Assembly: GCF_009914755.1 (NCBI RefSeq)
Contig: NC_060928.1
Length of the DNA stretch: 64,000 nucleotides
Direction: 5' to 3' (one strand)
Source: the human T2T-CHM13v2.0 reference genome, Homo sapiens
The position numbers and the translations under genes are program-made. Numbering within the stretch: position 1 is the first letter of the stretch; each line of letters opens with the position of its first letter. Positions 53,361 to 64,000 of the stretch are shown piece by piece. Under the pieces are notes generated by a model that was given only the letters and a program-made list of their open reading frames with translations, did no database searches and was not told the DNA's origin.

Positions 53361-54691
53361 CTTCAGCTCCCATTCTGCAGCACCCGGCCCAGAGCTGGGA
53401 ATCTGTGCCGTGGTCAGATCCAAATTTGTGTTAGAAATTCTGAGTATCCTCGTCCGGGGCACACGCCTAGTTTTCCTCTCTACGTTCAAGTTTTCACCTG
53501 TTCAATTCCAACCACAGGGCAAGAGATGTCTTGTTTTTCATTGTCTTTGTACAAGTCTCCCCTTAGTCTGGGAAATCAGAAAAAAGAGAAAGTGTTTCTG
53601 TTCTGGGCCCTCCCTGGGGAGTGAAGGGAATTTTATGGGGAGGGGAGATGCTTTGATAACCCAAACATTTTGCAGAGAACCCAAACATGGGAGAGGAATT
53701 CCTCCAGGCCCGACAGACCCCACACGTGCTGAGCGCTGCCTTCCCAGGACGCCTTTTCTTTCTCTCTGGGCGGGCCTCACCCTGCCCCGCCTCTTGCTCC
53801 GGCCCGAGGCCTCATCTGTCGGGGCACCCGAGGACGGCCAGTTCAGGAGGCAGCTGCAGTCTTGCTGGAGGCGGGCTGGGGTGGTTTTCCAGGGCTGTTC
53901 ACTGGCAGCTCCCATCCCTCCACGCACACAGCCCCTTCAGGCTTTCTGAGCTCACCCACTGCTCTCAAGAATGGCATTTGGCCCATTTTACCTTCCAGGA
54001 GGTTGAAGCTCAAGGAGGTTGAAAGACTTGCTCGGGCTCCCGGCTGGGGGGTGTGGCGTGGCGACTGGAACAGGCCCAAGTGGCTTAGATCCTCTGCTGC
54101 AAGGAGGGATGCCTGGCATGGAGTGCGGGTGCGGGGGTGAGGCCTGGAGACCCAAGCTGGCTTGGCAGGGCCTACCGGTGACCTGAGCTGCCAGGGTTAG
54201 GGCACAGACCCAGCTCGTGTCTCAGCTCTGCCCCCTCCTGGCCGGGGCTTGGCATGCGCCTGAGTCTGTCCTTTGTGACTTGGGGGATGATGGTAAGGTG
54301 ACTTCCTGTCACCATAAGCGCTGTGTGCAGGGGCTCACTTGCCCTCCTGGAGTGTCAGGTGACAATTGCCAGCTTCCGCGTCCCCATGTGTGCTGTGATT
54401 CGAGGGTGCTGGAAGGAAGGAGGGCACTGATAGCTGAGGCCCCGCTGCCCCTGCCCTGCGTCCTGGTCGATTGCTCGTGGTGGAGATGGCCCCTACTCTC
54501 CCTCACTGGGGTTTCAGGGAGCCGTCTGCTCTGCTGAAGGGAGGAGAAGCATCCAGCGGGCAGCTTGGGGATGCTGCTGGCTTCTGGGTGGCGGTGTCTC
54601 CCAGTGGAGAGCTCTGAGACTGCGACTGCTGTCCTCCTTCCCAGAGACCCCCAACTCCCCGGAGGCCCTTGGCCCCGGCTGAGATCAATGC

Positions 54692-55029
54692 GAACAGATG
54701 GATGAAGGACTCTTGTCTCCAAGGATGGGGTTTCTAGGGTCCCAGGACCTCCTGTTCGCATCTTGGTGGAAGCGCCAGTAGCACCTTGGGTGAGCCGTGC
54801 CCAGAACAGATGGATGAAGGACTCTTGTCTCCAAAGATGGGGTTTCTAGGGTCCCAGGACCTCCTGTTCGCATCTTGGTGGAAGCGCCAGTAGCACCTTG
54901 GGTGAGCCGTGCCCAGAACAGATGGATGAAGGACTCTTGTCTCCAAGGATGGGGTTTCTAGGGTCCCAGGACCTCCTGTTCGCATCTTGGTGGAAGCGCC
55001 AGTAGCACCTTGGGTGAGCCGTGCCCAGA
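54692..55029. repeat. Minisatellite, 112-bp unit x3
   Basis: Units start at 54692, 54804, 54916; the only difference seen is ccaag vs ccaaa in unit 2. Confidence 0.98.
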
Positions 55030-55454
55030 CGCAATCCCTGAGCAGCTTGGGTGGCAGGCTCCAGAGGCTATTGGAGTTGGCACTTTGGGCTCGGGGCCCA
55101 GTTGGCAGAGGCTGTGTCCCCACGGAGCTGGGAACAGAAGGCCCTGGGTCTGAGTCCAGGTTCCGTGAGATCCTGGACTTGTCCCTGAGCCGCCCTGAGC
55201 CCCAAGTTCTCATCTGAGAGTGGGAGCCATGACTCTCCTTTCAGCGCGGTGGTGAGGATTGATTGAGCTGACTTACGTCAGAGTGCTGGGAATCACACAC
55301 AATCGTGGCTGAGAAGAGAGAGGCTGGCTTTTTGTGCCGAGGTCCAGTTCTCCGTGTCAGAGTCCATGTCATGACCCACTCCCGTCTGGAGCCTCACCGA
55401 GGGCAGATGTTTAGTCTAGAATTGCAGAAGGTGGGGCTGGAAGGGATTTTAGAG

Positions 55455-55990
55455 TGAATCCATTCACTGATCCCTGCGTTCATTTACTCATGACGATTAG
55501 TCAAACACCTACTGTGTGCGGGGCCTTATGGGGAGACCTGACGGGGAGGGATGTGTCCCAGCCCACCTGCAACGTGCGGTCTGCTGGCCGAGAGAAGCAC
55601 TCTGCAAATAATGGCATGGGTGGTTGTCAGGGGGCAGGAGTGGTCAGGCTTCATGCCGGGAGAAGGTGCCCGCACTGGATCAGGAGGCCTTCCTGAGCAG
55701 GCGACCTTCAGACTCATACTTGGTGGAAGTTCAGGCAGAGGTCGGGGAGAGTTCCAGGTAGCAGGGAGCGCAGGTGCACCGGCCCTGAGGGCAGCGGAGA
55801 CCTGGCTTGTTGGAGGAGCTGGCAGGAGGTCAGGTGGCTGACAAGACAAGGCTGGTGGTAGTAGGCCATGTGGGCCTTGCAGCCACGGCCAGAGGGTTGG
55901 ATGTTGAAGATGGTGGGAAGCCAGGGAGAGCTCTACACCCGCACGCTGGGGCAGCATTGCTCCCTGGCTGCAGAGTCTAATGGAAGACAA
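55455..55990 (-). mobile_element. L2 3' portion
   Basis: cattcactgat...cacctactgtgtgcgg...tcaggaggccttcctgagcaggcgac. Confidence 0.6.
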
Positions 55991-56347
55991 GGAATCCCAG
56001 CCGCCCTTAGCCAATGCGTGCAGTGAAGTTCTTACTCCCTACCAGGGTTTGTCTGGCCACCTGTGAGCCGGCCCTGTGCCTTCCACCTGCACCTTCCCCC
56101 TGCCACTCCCAGCTCCTGAGAGCTTCCAGAGCAAGCCTGCCACCCACACATGCTCCCACATGCTGCCCCCTTGCTGGAAACACCCAGCCCTGCCCTGCAA
56201 GCCCAGGGTTCCTCTGCGGACCTGCTGCCCTCTCTGTGGTCCCCACAGATGCCCTAACCCTACTGTTGCATCCCCATCACCTGGGCATTGCGTACCTGCT
56301 GGGTTTTGAGCTCTATAGTGACAGCATCAGGTCTGGCACCTAGAAGA

Positions 56348-56722
56348 TGTTGGCTGGCTGGCTGGATGGATGTTGGATGGATGTTGGATGGATGGATGGA
56401 TGGATGGATGTTGGTTGCATGGATGGATGTTGGTTGGATGGATGGATGGATGGATGTTGGATGTTGGATGGATGTTGGTTGGATGGATGGATGGATGGAT
56501 GTCGGATGGAAGGATGGATGGATGGATGGATGGATGCATGGATGTCGGTTGGATGGAAGGATGGATGGATGGATGGATGGATGGATGTCGGTTGGATGGA
56601 AGGATGGCTGGCTGGATGGATGTCAGTTGGATGGATGGATGGATGGATGGATGTCGGTTGGATGGATGGATGGTTGGATGTCGGTTGGATGGAAGGATGG
56701 ATGGATGGATGGATGGATGAAT
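56348..56722. repeat. (GGAT)n complex microsatellite
   Basis: ggat units interrupted by gtt, gtcggtt and ggaa variants. Confidence 0.97.
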
Positions 56723-57634
56723 GGCCTGCCAGGCTGCCTACCCACCGCCGAACAGAGCCCATAGATGAAGAGGTCATCTGTCCCTGTCTCTCTGTATTGG
56801 TGGGCAAACTGAGGCCCAGAGGCACCCAGCAGGGCCAGCCAGGGTGGGGCTGGCTAAGGGGTTCTGGGACTCTTGATACAGTGCTCTTTCTGTTCAGTCT
56901 CCTGCCCTCTCCAGCTTTGCCCACACCCCTGTCCCCATCCCTCAGCTAGGGCATAAAATGTTAATGCTCTCATTTATTCTTTAAAAATTAATTTAAAAGT
57001 ATTTTATGTGGTGCCTCCATCACAGTTGGAAACCATTTAATTAATCCCAAGTGGCAGGACACCAGACAGCTTCCATAATTGTTATAATTCCTCTGGCCCA
57101 GAGGCCTGTTTCAAAGCTGTTGCTCCTGGGCCTCCAAGGCTCTGTGGACGGCAGTACTGTGGAAGGCACGTGGTCGTGCTGGGGCCGTGAAGCCATACCC
57201 GCACCAGGGAGCTGTTGGTCTTTACAGTAAACCCCAGGATACCCAGCAACCCCCTGACACACTTCTGGCAGGGCAGAGCCTGCCAGGGGAACTGCACCTC
57301 TTGGCCAAGACGGGCTCTTCCATTCTGCCTGGAAATTCACACAGATGTGGTATCACCTGCCATTTCGCCGTGGCCTGGATGTGAACTGTGGCCCGTGAGG
57401 GTGGGGACAGGAGGGCTGCTTTCCTAATAGAGAAAACCAGCCCATGGAGCGCTGCCCTTTTTCTCACCCCTCCGTGTGCACAGCTACTCTTGGGTAGGAA
57501 CCAAGGCTTTCTCTTTGAGAAATGGCCATCTGTGGGACAGGAGGCACCAGTATGAGTGACAAGACAGCTTGATCCAAGGATGTGCACAGGAAGGAGGACT
57601 CCTGACTGCAGTGCAACAGCTGGTGTAGGAAAGT

Positions 57635-58042
57635 TGTATGAGTCAGCCACAGCTGCGTAACAAAGTACCACGGGCAGTTCTGGAGGCCGGAAGCCTGAGA
57701 TCGAGGTGCCTGCAAGGTTGGCTGGGTTCATCTGCAGCTGGGTGGGGGCAACTGTCCCAGGCTGCTCTGCAACTTCTGGGGGCTGCTGGCCATCCTTGGC
57801 GTGCATGGCCTGTAGATGCCCCACCCTGGTCTCTGCCTGCATCTTCACACGGTGTTCTCCCGGATAGCGTCTCTGTGGCCATTTTTGTCAGGACACCCAG
57901 TCATATTGGGCTCACCAAATGACCTCATTTTACCTTGATCCCTTCTGTAAAGGCCCTATCTCCAAATAAGGGCACATTCGTAGGTCCTGGGGGTTAGGAC
58001 TTCAACATAGGAATTTTGGGGAGCACAGTTCAACCCATAAGA
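57635..58042 (-). mobile_element. MLT1B-like solo LTR
   Basis: gtaacaaagtaccac...cagttctggaggccggaag...ctatctccaaataagggcacattc...gggggttaggacttcaacatag...cacagttcaacccataa. Confidence 0.88.
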
Positions 58043-58299
58043 GGGAGAAAGCGAAGAACCAGCTCAGACGTGTTCATATTTGCAAATCCTGGGTTTGGGA
58101 AGTCCTGGGAGGAGTGTCTCCTAAAAGGGAGGGTCTCCAGGAAGATGTCAAGGGAGAAGGCCCCAACCCAGGCTCTGCCAAGCAGCAGCTGCCATGCATC
58201 AGGGCTGCTTTCCATGAGGACTTGCCACACTTTACAGACTAGGACCTTGAGGCGAGGAGAGGCTGGGGGCTTGTCCGGGGTCAGAGATGCTGATAATTA

Positions 58300-58520
58300 G
58301 GAGGCCACGTATGAAGGGCCTGTGGGGCACTGGCCCAGGTGCTGGGGCTGCCAGGCCGCATGTTCAGGACCCAGAAGGGCTCACAAGATGAGTGTCCTTA
58401 CCTTCATTCTACACAGGTTGACAATGAGGCTGGGAGAAGTGGATTTGAAAGGCCCGAGGCCCCACAGTTAGTAAGAGGCTGAGCCAGCACCACAACCCAG
58501 GCCTGTACGACCCTCACACT
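58300..58520 (-). mobile_element. MIR
   Basis: cattctacacaggttgacaatgaggctgggagaag...cccgaggccccacagttagtaagaggctgagc. Confidence 0.65.
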
Positions 58521-59959
58521 CCGCTGACCATGGCCCTGCCCCATGTGATGGAGTGTGGCCATGCCATTGCACACAGTGGGGCAGGGAGACTGGGTAGGAG
58601 CTGGGACTGAGGGTGTCAGGATGTGAGATGTTTGCTGCTAAAACCAAGACAGTCCAGGCAGACAGGGATGGCTGGTCACCATAGCAGGGCAGAGCCTCTG
58701 CGTGTCCTGGCGTTTTGTGGAGGGCAGCCCGGATCCTGGCCAGCGCCTACCCTGGAAGGTGCCAGCTTCCTCTGGGAAAGGCGCCCCCCAGGTGGCTTCT
58801 GTGAATCAGCTCAGGCTGCGTGCCACAGTCTCCTCCAGGCCCGTCCCTCACTGCGGGGTCTGAAACAGCCTCTTTCTGAGGAAATGGCTTTGAATACTCC
58901 TCTGCACTCTTGCACGTGAGCACGCTTGCACACCTGTGGGTGGAAACTCCCTGAGCTCCAGCTGCAGGCCCCACTTGCAGCTAGAAGGCAAGACCGAGGA
59001 AAAGAGAAGCTGTCAGTCAAGGGGAAACATGGGGCCCCAGGGGGCATTTAGTGACGCCCCCTATTCCCATCCTGCGCTTGGGACCCATTGAGAAATAAGA
59101 CGCACAAGCCAAACTTTAGAGATCAAAGGTCGGCTTTACTATTGGCAAGGGTGGCTCTAGGTCTGCAGCCAGGAGAAATTGCTCCTCCCTCATCCCTGAG
59201 CCCCATCATTGGCCAGGCTGGACAATTGCACCCATCCCTGCTGCATGGCCAGAGCAGCTGGAACAAACCCTGCCTGCAGGCCACAGCATGAGCAGCAAAG
59301 GAAGCGTGAGGAGTGAGCAGGAAGCATGCCACATCTCAGAAAGGAAAATACAGATGTGCATGGTGGGGAGGATGGTCTTGTTGACTGCAGCGTCTCAGTC
59401 CTTGGCTGTAGGTCTGGCCCGAGGTCTGCGTGCAGGAAATGTTGGCGGATGGAAGCATATCAGTGGTGTGGAGTAGACCCTGGGAGTATCTGTGGGGAGC
59501 TGGTGAACCTTCTGCTCACGCTGCTCTGTTCCAGCCCCTGGGCCTTTGCACATGCTGTTCTTTCTCTCTTGGGTGCCCTTCTGCCTTGGCCTGTTCAAGG
59601 CCCAGCTCTAAGCTCCTCCTCCAGAAAGCCTTCCTAGTCCTGCAAATGGAGCAATCCTCCCAGCCCTGAACCCTGCGGGGCTTTGTCCCTCTCCTCGTCT
59701 TGTGTTGGCTGTTTGTGGCCAGGTTTGGCCTTCCTGGCTGGATTCTGAGCTTTCTTTGCTCATTTTCTCTCTACTCTTCAGGCTGTAAGAGGCCTGGCAG
59801 CAGGAGGTGCCCATGCTGCCTGGATGAACAAGGGACCAGGAACTGTTTTCTGAAGTGTGAGGCCAGAGGGCTCTGTGATGACCCAGCCACCATTTCCTGA
59901 GGTTCCATGCAGGGCCAGGGACCACATGTGCATGACATCATTCAATCTCCCAGGCAGCT

Positions 59960-60395
59960 TTTCTTCTTTATTGACATGAAATTCACACAGCATACAATCG
60001 ATCATTTTGAAGTGTGGCTTCAGTGGTATTCAGTGCATTCACAGTGTGTGCAGTCACCACCTCAGCCTGGTCTAAAGCATTTTCATCTCCCCAAAAGGAA
60101 ACTCCAGACCCATTAGGCACTTCCCATTTCTCCTCCTTCTAGTCCCTGGCAGCCACCAAGCTGCTTTCTGTCTCTACGGGTTTGCCTGTTCTAGATATTT
60201 TATGTTGATAGAATCATATATGATGTGGTCTTTTGCTTCTGCCTTCCTTTACAAAGCACAATATTTTCAAGGTCCAGTCACGTCATACCATGTGTCAATA
60301 CCCCATTCCTTTTTCATGGCTGAGTAATATTCCGTGGTGTGAATAGACCACATTTTGTGTATTCCTTCATTTGTTGATGAACAATTGTGTTGTCC
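59960..60395 (-). mobile_element. L1MB-like 3' end
   Basis: ctttattgacatgaaattcac...cattttcatctccccaaaaggaaac...tttctgtctcta...atggctgagtaatattcc. Confidence 0.9.
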
Positions 60396-60969
60396 ATCTC
60401 GGGTATTTGGGAAAGGCCTCGCCCATTCAAGGACTGAGTGCCCACTGGGTGCCAGGCTATTCTAGTGCTGGGAACAAGGGGCTGCAGCTCCTAAGGGCCA
60501 GTGACAGTGATGTGGACATGGGTCTGCCTCCTCCCCTGAGCTACTCACTGTGTCCTGACACTGTCGGCGGAGGGCTGCCTCTGACGTTGCCCCGGGCCCT
60601 GTGCCTGGAAGAGCCTGTGCTGGGTTTGTTGCTGCTGCCGCCATCTTGCCCTTCTTAATCATTTCTGAATGATTCCATTCATTTCATTTGGCATTTAGCC
60701 TTGCAGATTCCACAGCCGGCCCTGGTGAATCCGAGGGGGAAGCATGCCCTCCTACCTTTCTTCTTTCTTTATTCAGGGCTGGAGGGGCCTCTGGGGGCTG
60801 TCTTGGGGGCCAAGATGTGTCCTTTCACCCTTGGAGGTGCGGCGTGAAAGGGAGGTGGAGGCGAACCTTGCAGGGACCTTGGGGCCCGGCCTGCTTGCAC
60901 CCCCTAGCTAAACACAGGGAAGAAGCCCTGCAAAGCTTCCAGCAGCCCTCCCTTCAGGACTTCCGAGGC

Positions 60970-61180
60970 CAGGGTAATGGTGTGTCCCCTATAAAGTTTC
61001 ATGTAAAATAATCTGCCTTAAAGAATGGCCTGAGAGGGGTAATTGGCCGCTGGCATGGGCGGTAATTATAACGGTTGTTAACCCGCAGAGCTGTGAGCAG
61101 GCAGATGGGACTAATTTGATCTCTTCCGTTGTAAATTTCAGTTGCCAAGGTGGAAGGAAGCAGTCATTACCTTGAAGGTG
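60970..61180. promoter_or_regulatory. Candidate non-coding enhancer (homeobox-motif cluster)
   Basis: No recognisable repeat; ggtaattgg, ggtaattata, ctaatttgat within ~85 bp. Function is inferred. Confidence 0.45.
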
Positions 61181-61569
61181 GTGATGCCTGCTTCCCTGGG
61201 TGCTGGCCAAGGTCTCTGTCCTGGCTGTGTGGCCTTCAGAGGTACATGGAACTGAGGGACATAGGGTGGCTGCAGACAGGCCTGGGAAAGGGAGGGTGGA
61301 AAAGGGGACAGAGCAACGTTGACGTAGTCCCCGACCCTGTGGGCCCCGAGTAGCTCGTGATCCTCTGCCTGTGTTCTTCCGGGCACGGCAACAGGAGCAT
61401 TAGGAGGGCAGAGGTCCTGGTCCTCCTGTCTGCAACATTGGCAAACGTGCCAGTCGCCCTCAGACGTGAGGTGGGCTGGTTGGCAGCATGGGCCTCAGGG
61501 AGTCACAAGGGCCCATACCACATCGTTGCTGGGGCCTCCTGCATTTGGGTGTCATGCCAAAGTGAAGGC

Positions 61570-62060
61570 CTGGGACGTTGGAATCAGCTGGGTTTGGGTT
61601 CAGCTTCCTGCCTGACCACTCGCTCAGTGAGTGACACCGGGCAAAGCCGATGACATGTCTGAGCCTCAGCTTCTTCACATGTAAGGTCGGCGTCCCTGTC
61701 CCCACACTGGAACAGGGCAGGCTTGGTGCAGGTGACGTGCACAGCCCCGGGTTCAGCACGGGAAGGGCTTTGATGAGTGGATCTCCCCATCCTGGCACCT
61801 GCTCCCTCTGCACAGAGCCTTGACCTCCGTAAGTGCAGGCGGGAAGCTCAGCCACTGAGAGCTCAGGCTCTGGGGCAGATGCCTGGCTTCAGACCCAGTG
61901 CGGCTGTTTTCTACCTGGGTGACCCTGCCTGCCTCAGTTTCCCCATCTGGAAAATAGCCCTTAGGAGGTCAAGAGGAAGCACTGTGGCAGATGGGGCCGC
62001 CACTAGCACCCACCTAGTGTTGAGTGGGTTGGTACACGGCGTAGAATAAGTCCTCAAGAT
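61570..62060 (+). mobile_element. Two tandem MIR copies
   Basis: tctgagcctcagcttcttcacatgtaa; tgcctcagtttccccatctggaaaata. Confidence 0.75.
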
Positions 62061-63838
62061 GGGGGCAGCTCTCCACACCCAAAGCACCTGACTTCCTTCT
62101 AGCTCTGCTCCACGAGGAAGGTTGACAGGCCCTGTTGGAGGGGAGCCCAAGGCTTCCAGTTTCTGTGAGTGGCCCGAGGCCCTGCAGCTGGGAGGTGGCA
62201 GTGCCGGGGGTGCTTCCTGTGCTCCCCTGTAAGGCGTGGCCATGATGTGTGGTTGGGAGGATTAGTTGGCTTCTAGGCCCTGGTACAGATCCAAGTTGCC
62301 CCAAGATGTTCTTTCTCCTTGGCCTGCAAGTGAATACTGACACGGGAGGTATGGGGTGGGTGCGGTGTGGACGTGGAACCTGACACCCTGCTCTGCCTAC
62401 GCACCTAGAGGTGCACGTGTCTGCTGTCCTTTGACTTAACTAACTATCAGGCAGTGCCATTTGCCCCCGCCATGCCCCCAGTGCAGGGCCTGGGATGGAA
62501 GGTCTCAGTGGCTTCCTCATCTGCTGAGTCCCATGTCATGGAGCCTTCTTTGCAGATGCTGAGCAGTTGTCCAGATGAGGAGGGTCACAGGTCCCCAGGA
62601 GCCGGGGCTAGTTTATCCCATGGAGGCTTCCAGAAATGACAGGAAACCAGGCGCCCTGCCTAGCACTCAGGCCTTCACTGCTGGCTGGAAGGGAGATGGG
62701 TGGATGGAGGGCCGAGTCTATGTGCTGTTACCTTGCAGCCTCTGCTCTGCTCCTTCATCACCTGGGTCCACAGAACAGCCCTAGTGAGACCCACTGGAGG
62801 GCAATGTGCCCCCATCAGGGGCTGGGAATTCCAGAAGGGGAGTAGGGCAGTGGGGAGTTTCCTTGCATGGGAGAGGATAGGGCAGTTTGAGCAGAGAGTG
62901 GACACTGAGGTGAGGGGCAGAAACATGCCTGGGACCAGCCGAGTCCTCCCACACTGGGCCAGGAGGTGAAGAGGAAGCACCGTGCTGGACAGGAAGCCTG
63001 GTGAATGGGTTGGTTTTGGGGACTGAGGCCTAAATGGGAAAGCGAATAAACCCCATACTGCACCTCACCCCTGATTCCCCCGTGTACTGACTCACTGTTT
63101 ATCCTTGAAAACAGCAGACTACACGGCTGGGAGTCTGCGTGAGGAGCACAGTGGATCGGAGGGGGAGTCTGGAAGCTTTTGGCTGTGCTGTGCAGCTCTG
63201 GGGGCCACCCAGACCCCAGTCTCATTCTCCAGGCCCCTCCAGTCTGCTTTTGACTCGCAGATGACCCCTGGGGAGCCTCGGCCTGTTGTCCCTCCTGCTG
63301 CTGGCTGGAAGGGTAGGCTGTTTGCCACAAGTTTCCTCCCAGGGACTTGGATGGATTAGAGGGGGAAGGATTTTACCTTGTGATGAAAATGTCACTCGTA
63401 CTATGCTGGGCCCCAATTTTCAAAGCAAAACTTTGGAGCGGTAGAAGCTTGTTCCAGAGAGCAGAGGCTGTGCTGTTTACATCTTCTCAGTGTCTGCCAT
63501 GAAATCTTAAAACTTCTTAATGTTGGGGCACAGGACAGACTGAGCAGTGCTGTACTCCTAAGACCAATATTAAGCATAGAAAGTGCACATTGGGTGTGAC
63601 TTCAGGACAGCTGAAGGACCTTAACTTGTCTGTTTGTTTAGAATCCTTCATGCTGTTGTTGGAAGGGGCTGCAGGAGCTTTACAAATGGTTCCATCAGTT
63701 TACAAACGAGGTCATGGACCTCAGTGAGGGGCAGTAACTTGGGGGTCTCCTGGCTTCCTCTCCAGTGCTCTTCCAGGCTATTTTGCTGAAAATAGCTGAG
63801 TATGACTCCAGTAATGCTGCTGGCTAGCTGCATCACTC

Positions 63839-63886
63839 TAGACAAGTCCTAGGACCTCTCCATAGACAAGTCCTAGGACCTCTCCA
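63839..63886. repeat. Perfect 24-bp tandem duplication within a MIR fragment
   Basis: tagacaagtcctaggacctctcca x2, followed by cctccgtttcccatctgtgagatg. Confidence 0.92.
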
Positions 63887-64000
63887 AACCTCCGTTTCCC
63901 ATCTGTGAGATGCAATGACCTTTAAAACCTTTGATCATAGTATCTCTTTTCTGCTTAAAATCTTCCAGTGATGGCTTAATGCTCTTGGGGTGGAATCCAA

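Overview
Human (or closely related primate) GC-rich, repeat-rich non-coding DNA. I find no supportable protein-coding exon; the listed ORFs are chance or repeat-derived frames. The anchor is a 75-nt hairpin at 28737-28811 that matches my recollection of hsa-mir-4798 (5p UUCGGUAUACUUUGUGAAUUGG, 3p AACUCACGAAGUAUACCGAAGU). From memory that miRNA lies in the very long first intron of SORCS2 (chr4p16.1, + strand), so the window is probably SORCS2 intron 1; confirm by BLAT. Content: 9 Alu/FLAM copies (several with visible TSDs), many MIR and L2 relics, five antisense MLT1 LTRs, antisense L1 3' ends (one 5'-inverted), MER47A and MER5A, three minisatellites (34, 21, 112 bp), a ~600-bp pyrimidine tract and several microsatellites. 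I see no clearly new biological system. The best leads are hypotheses: (1) the miRNA hairpin arose by inverted duplication of an L1 tail; (2) several sense-strand cryptic exons, one next to a UG tract with 7 UGCAUG motifs; (3) AT-rich, homeobox-motif-dense enhancer candidates; (4) an RE1-like site in an L2 relic. Repeat subfamilies and old-repeat boundaries were called by eye and are approximate.
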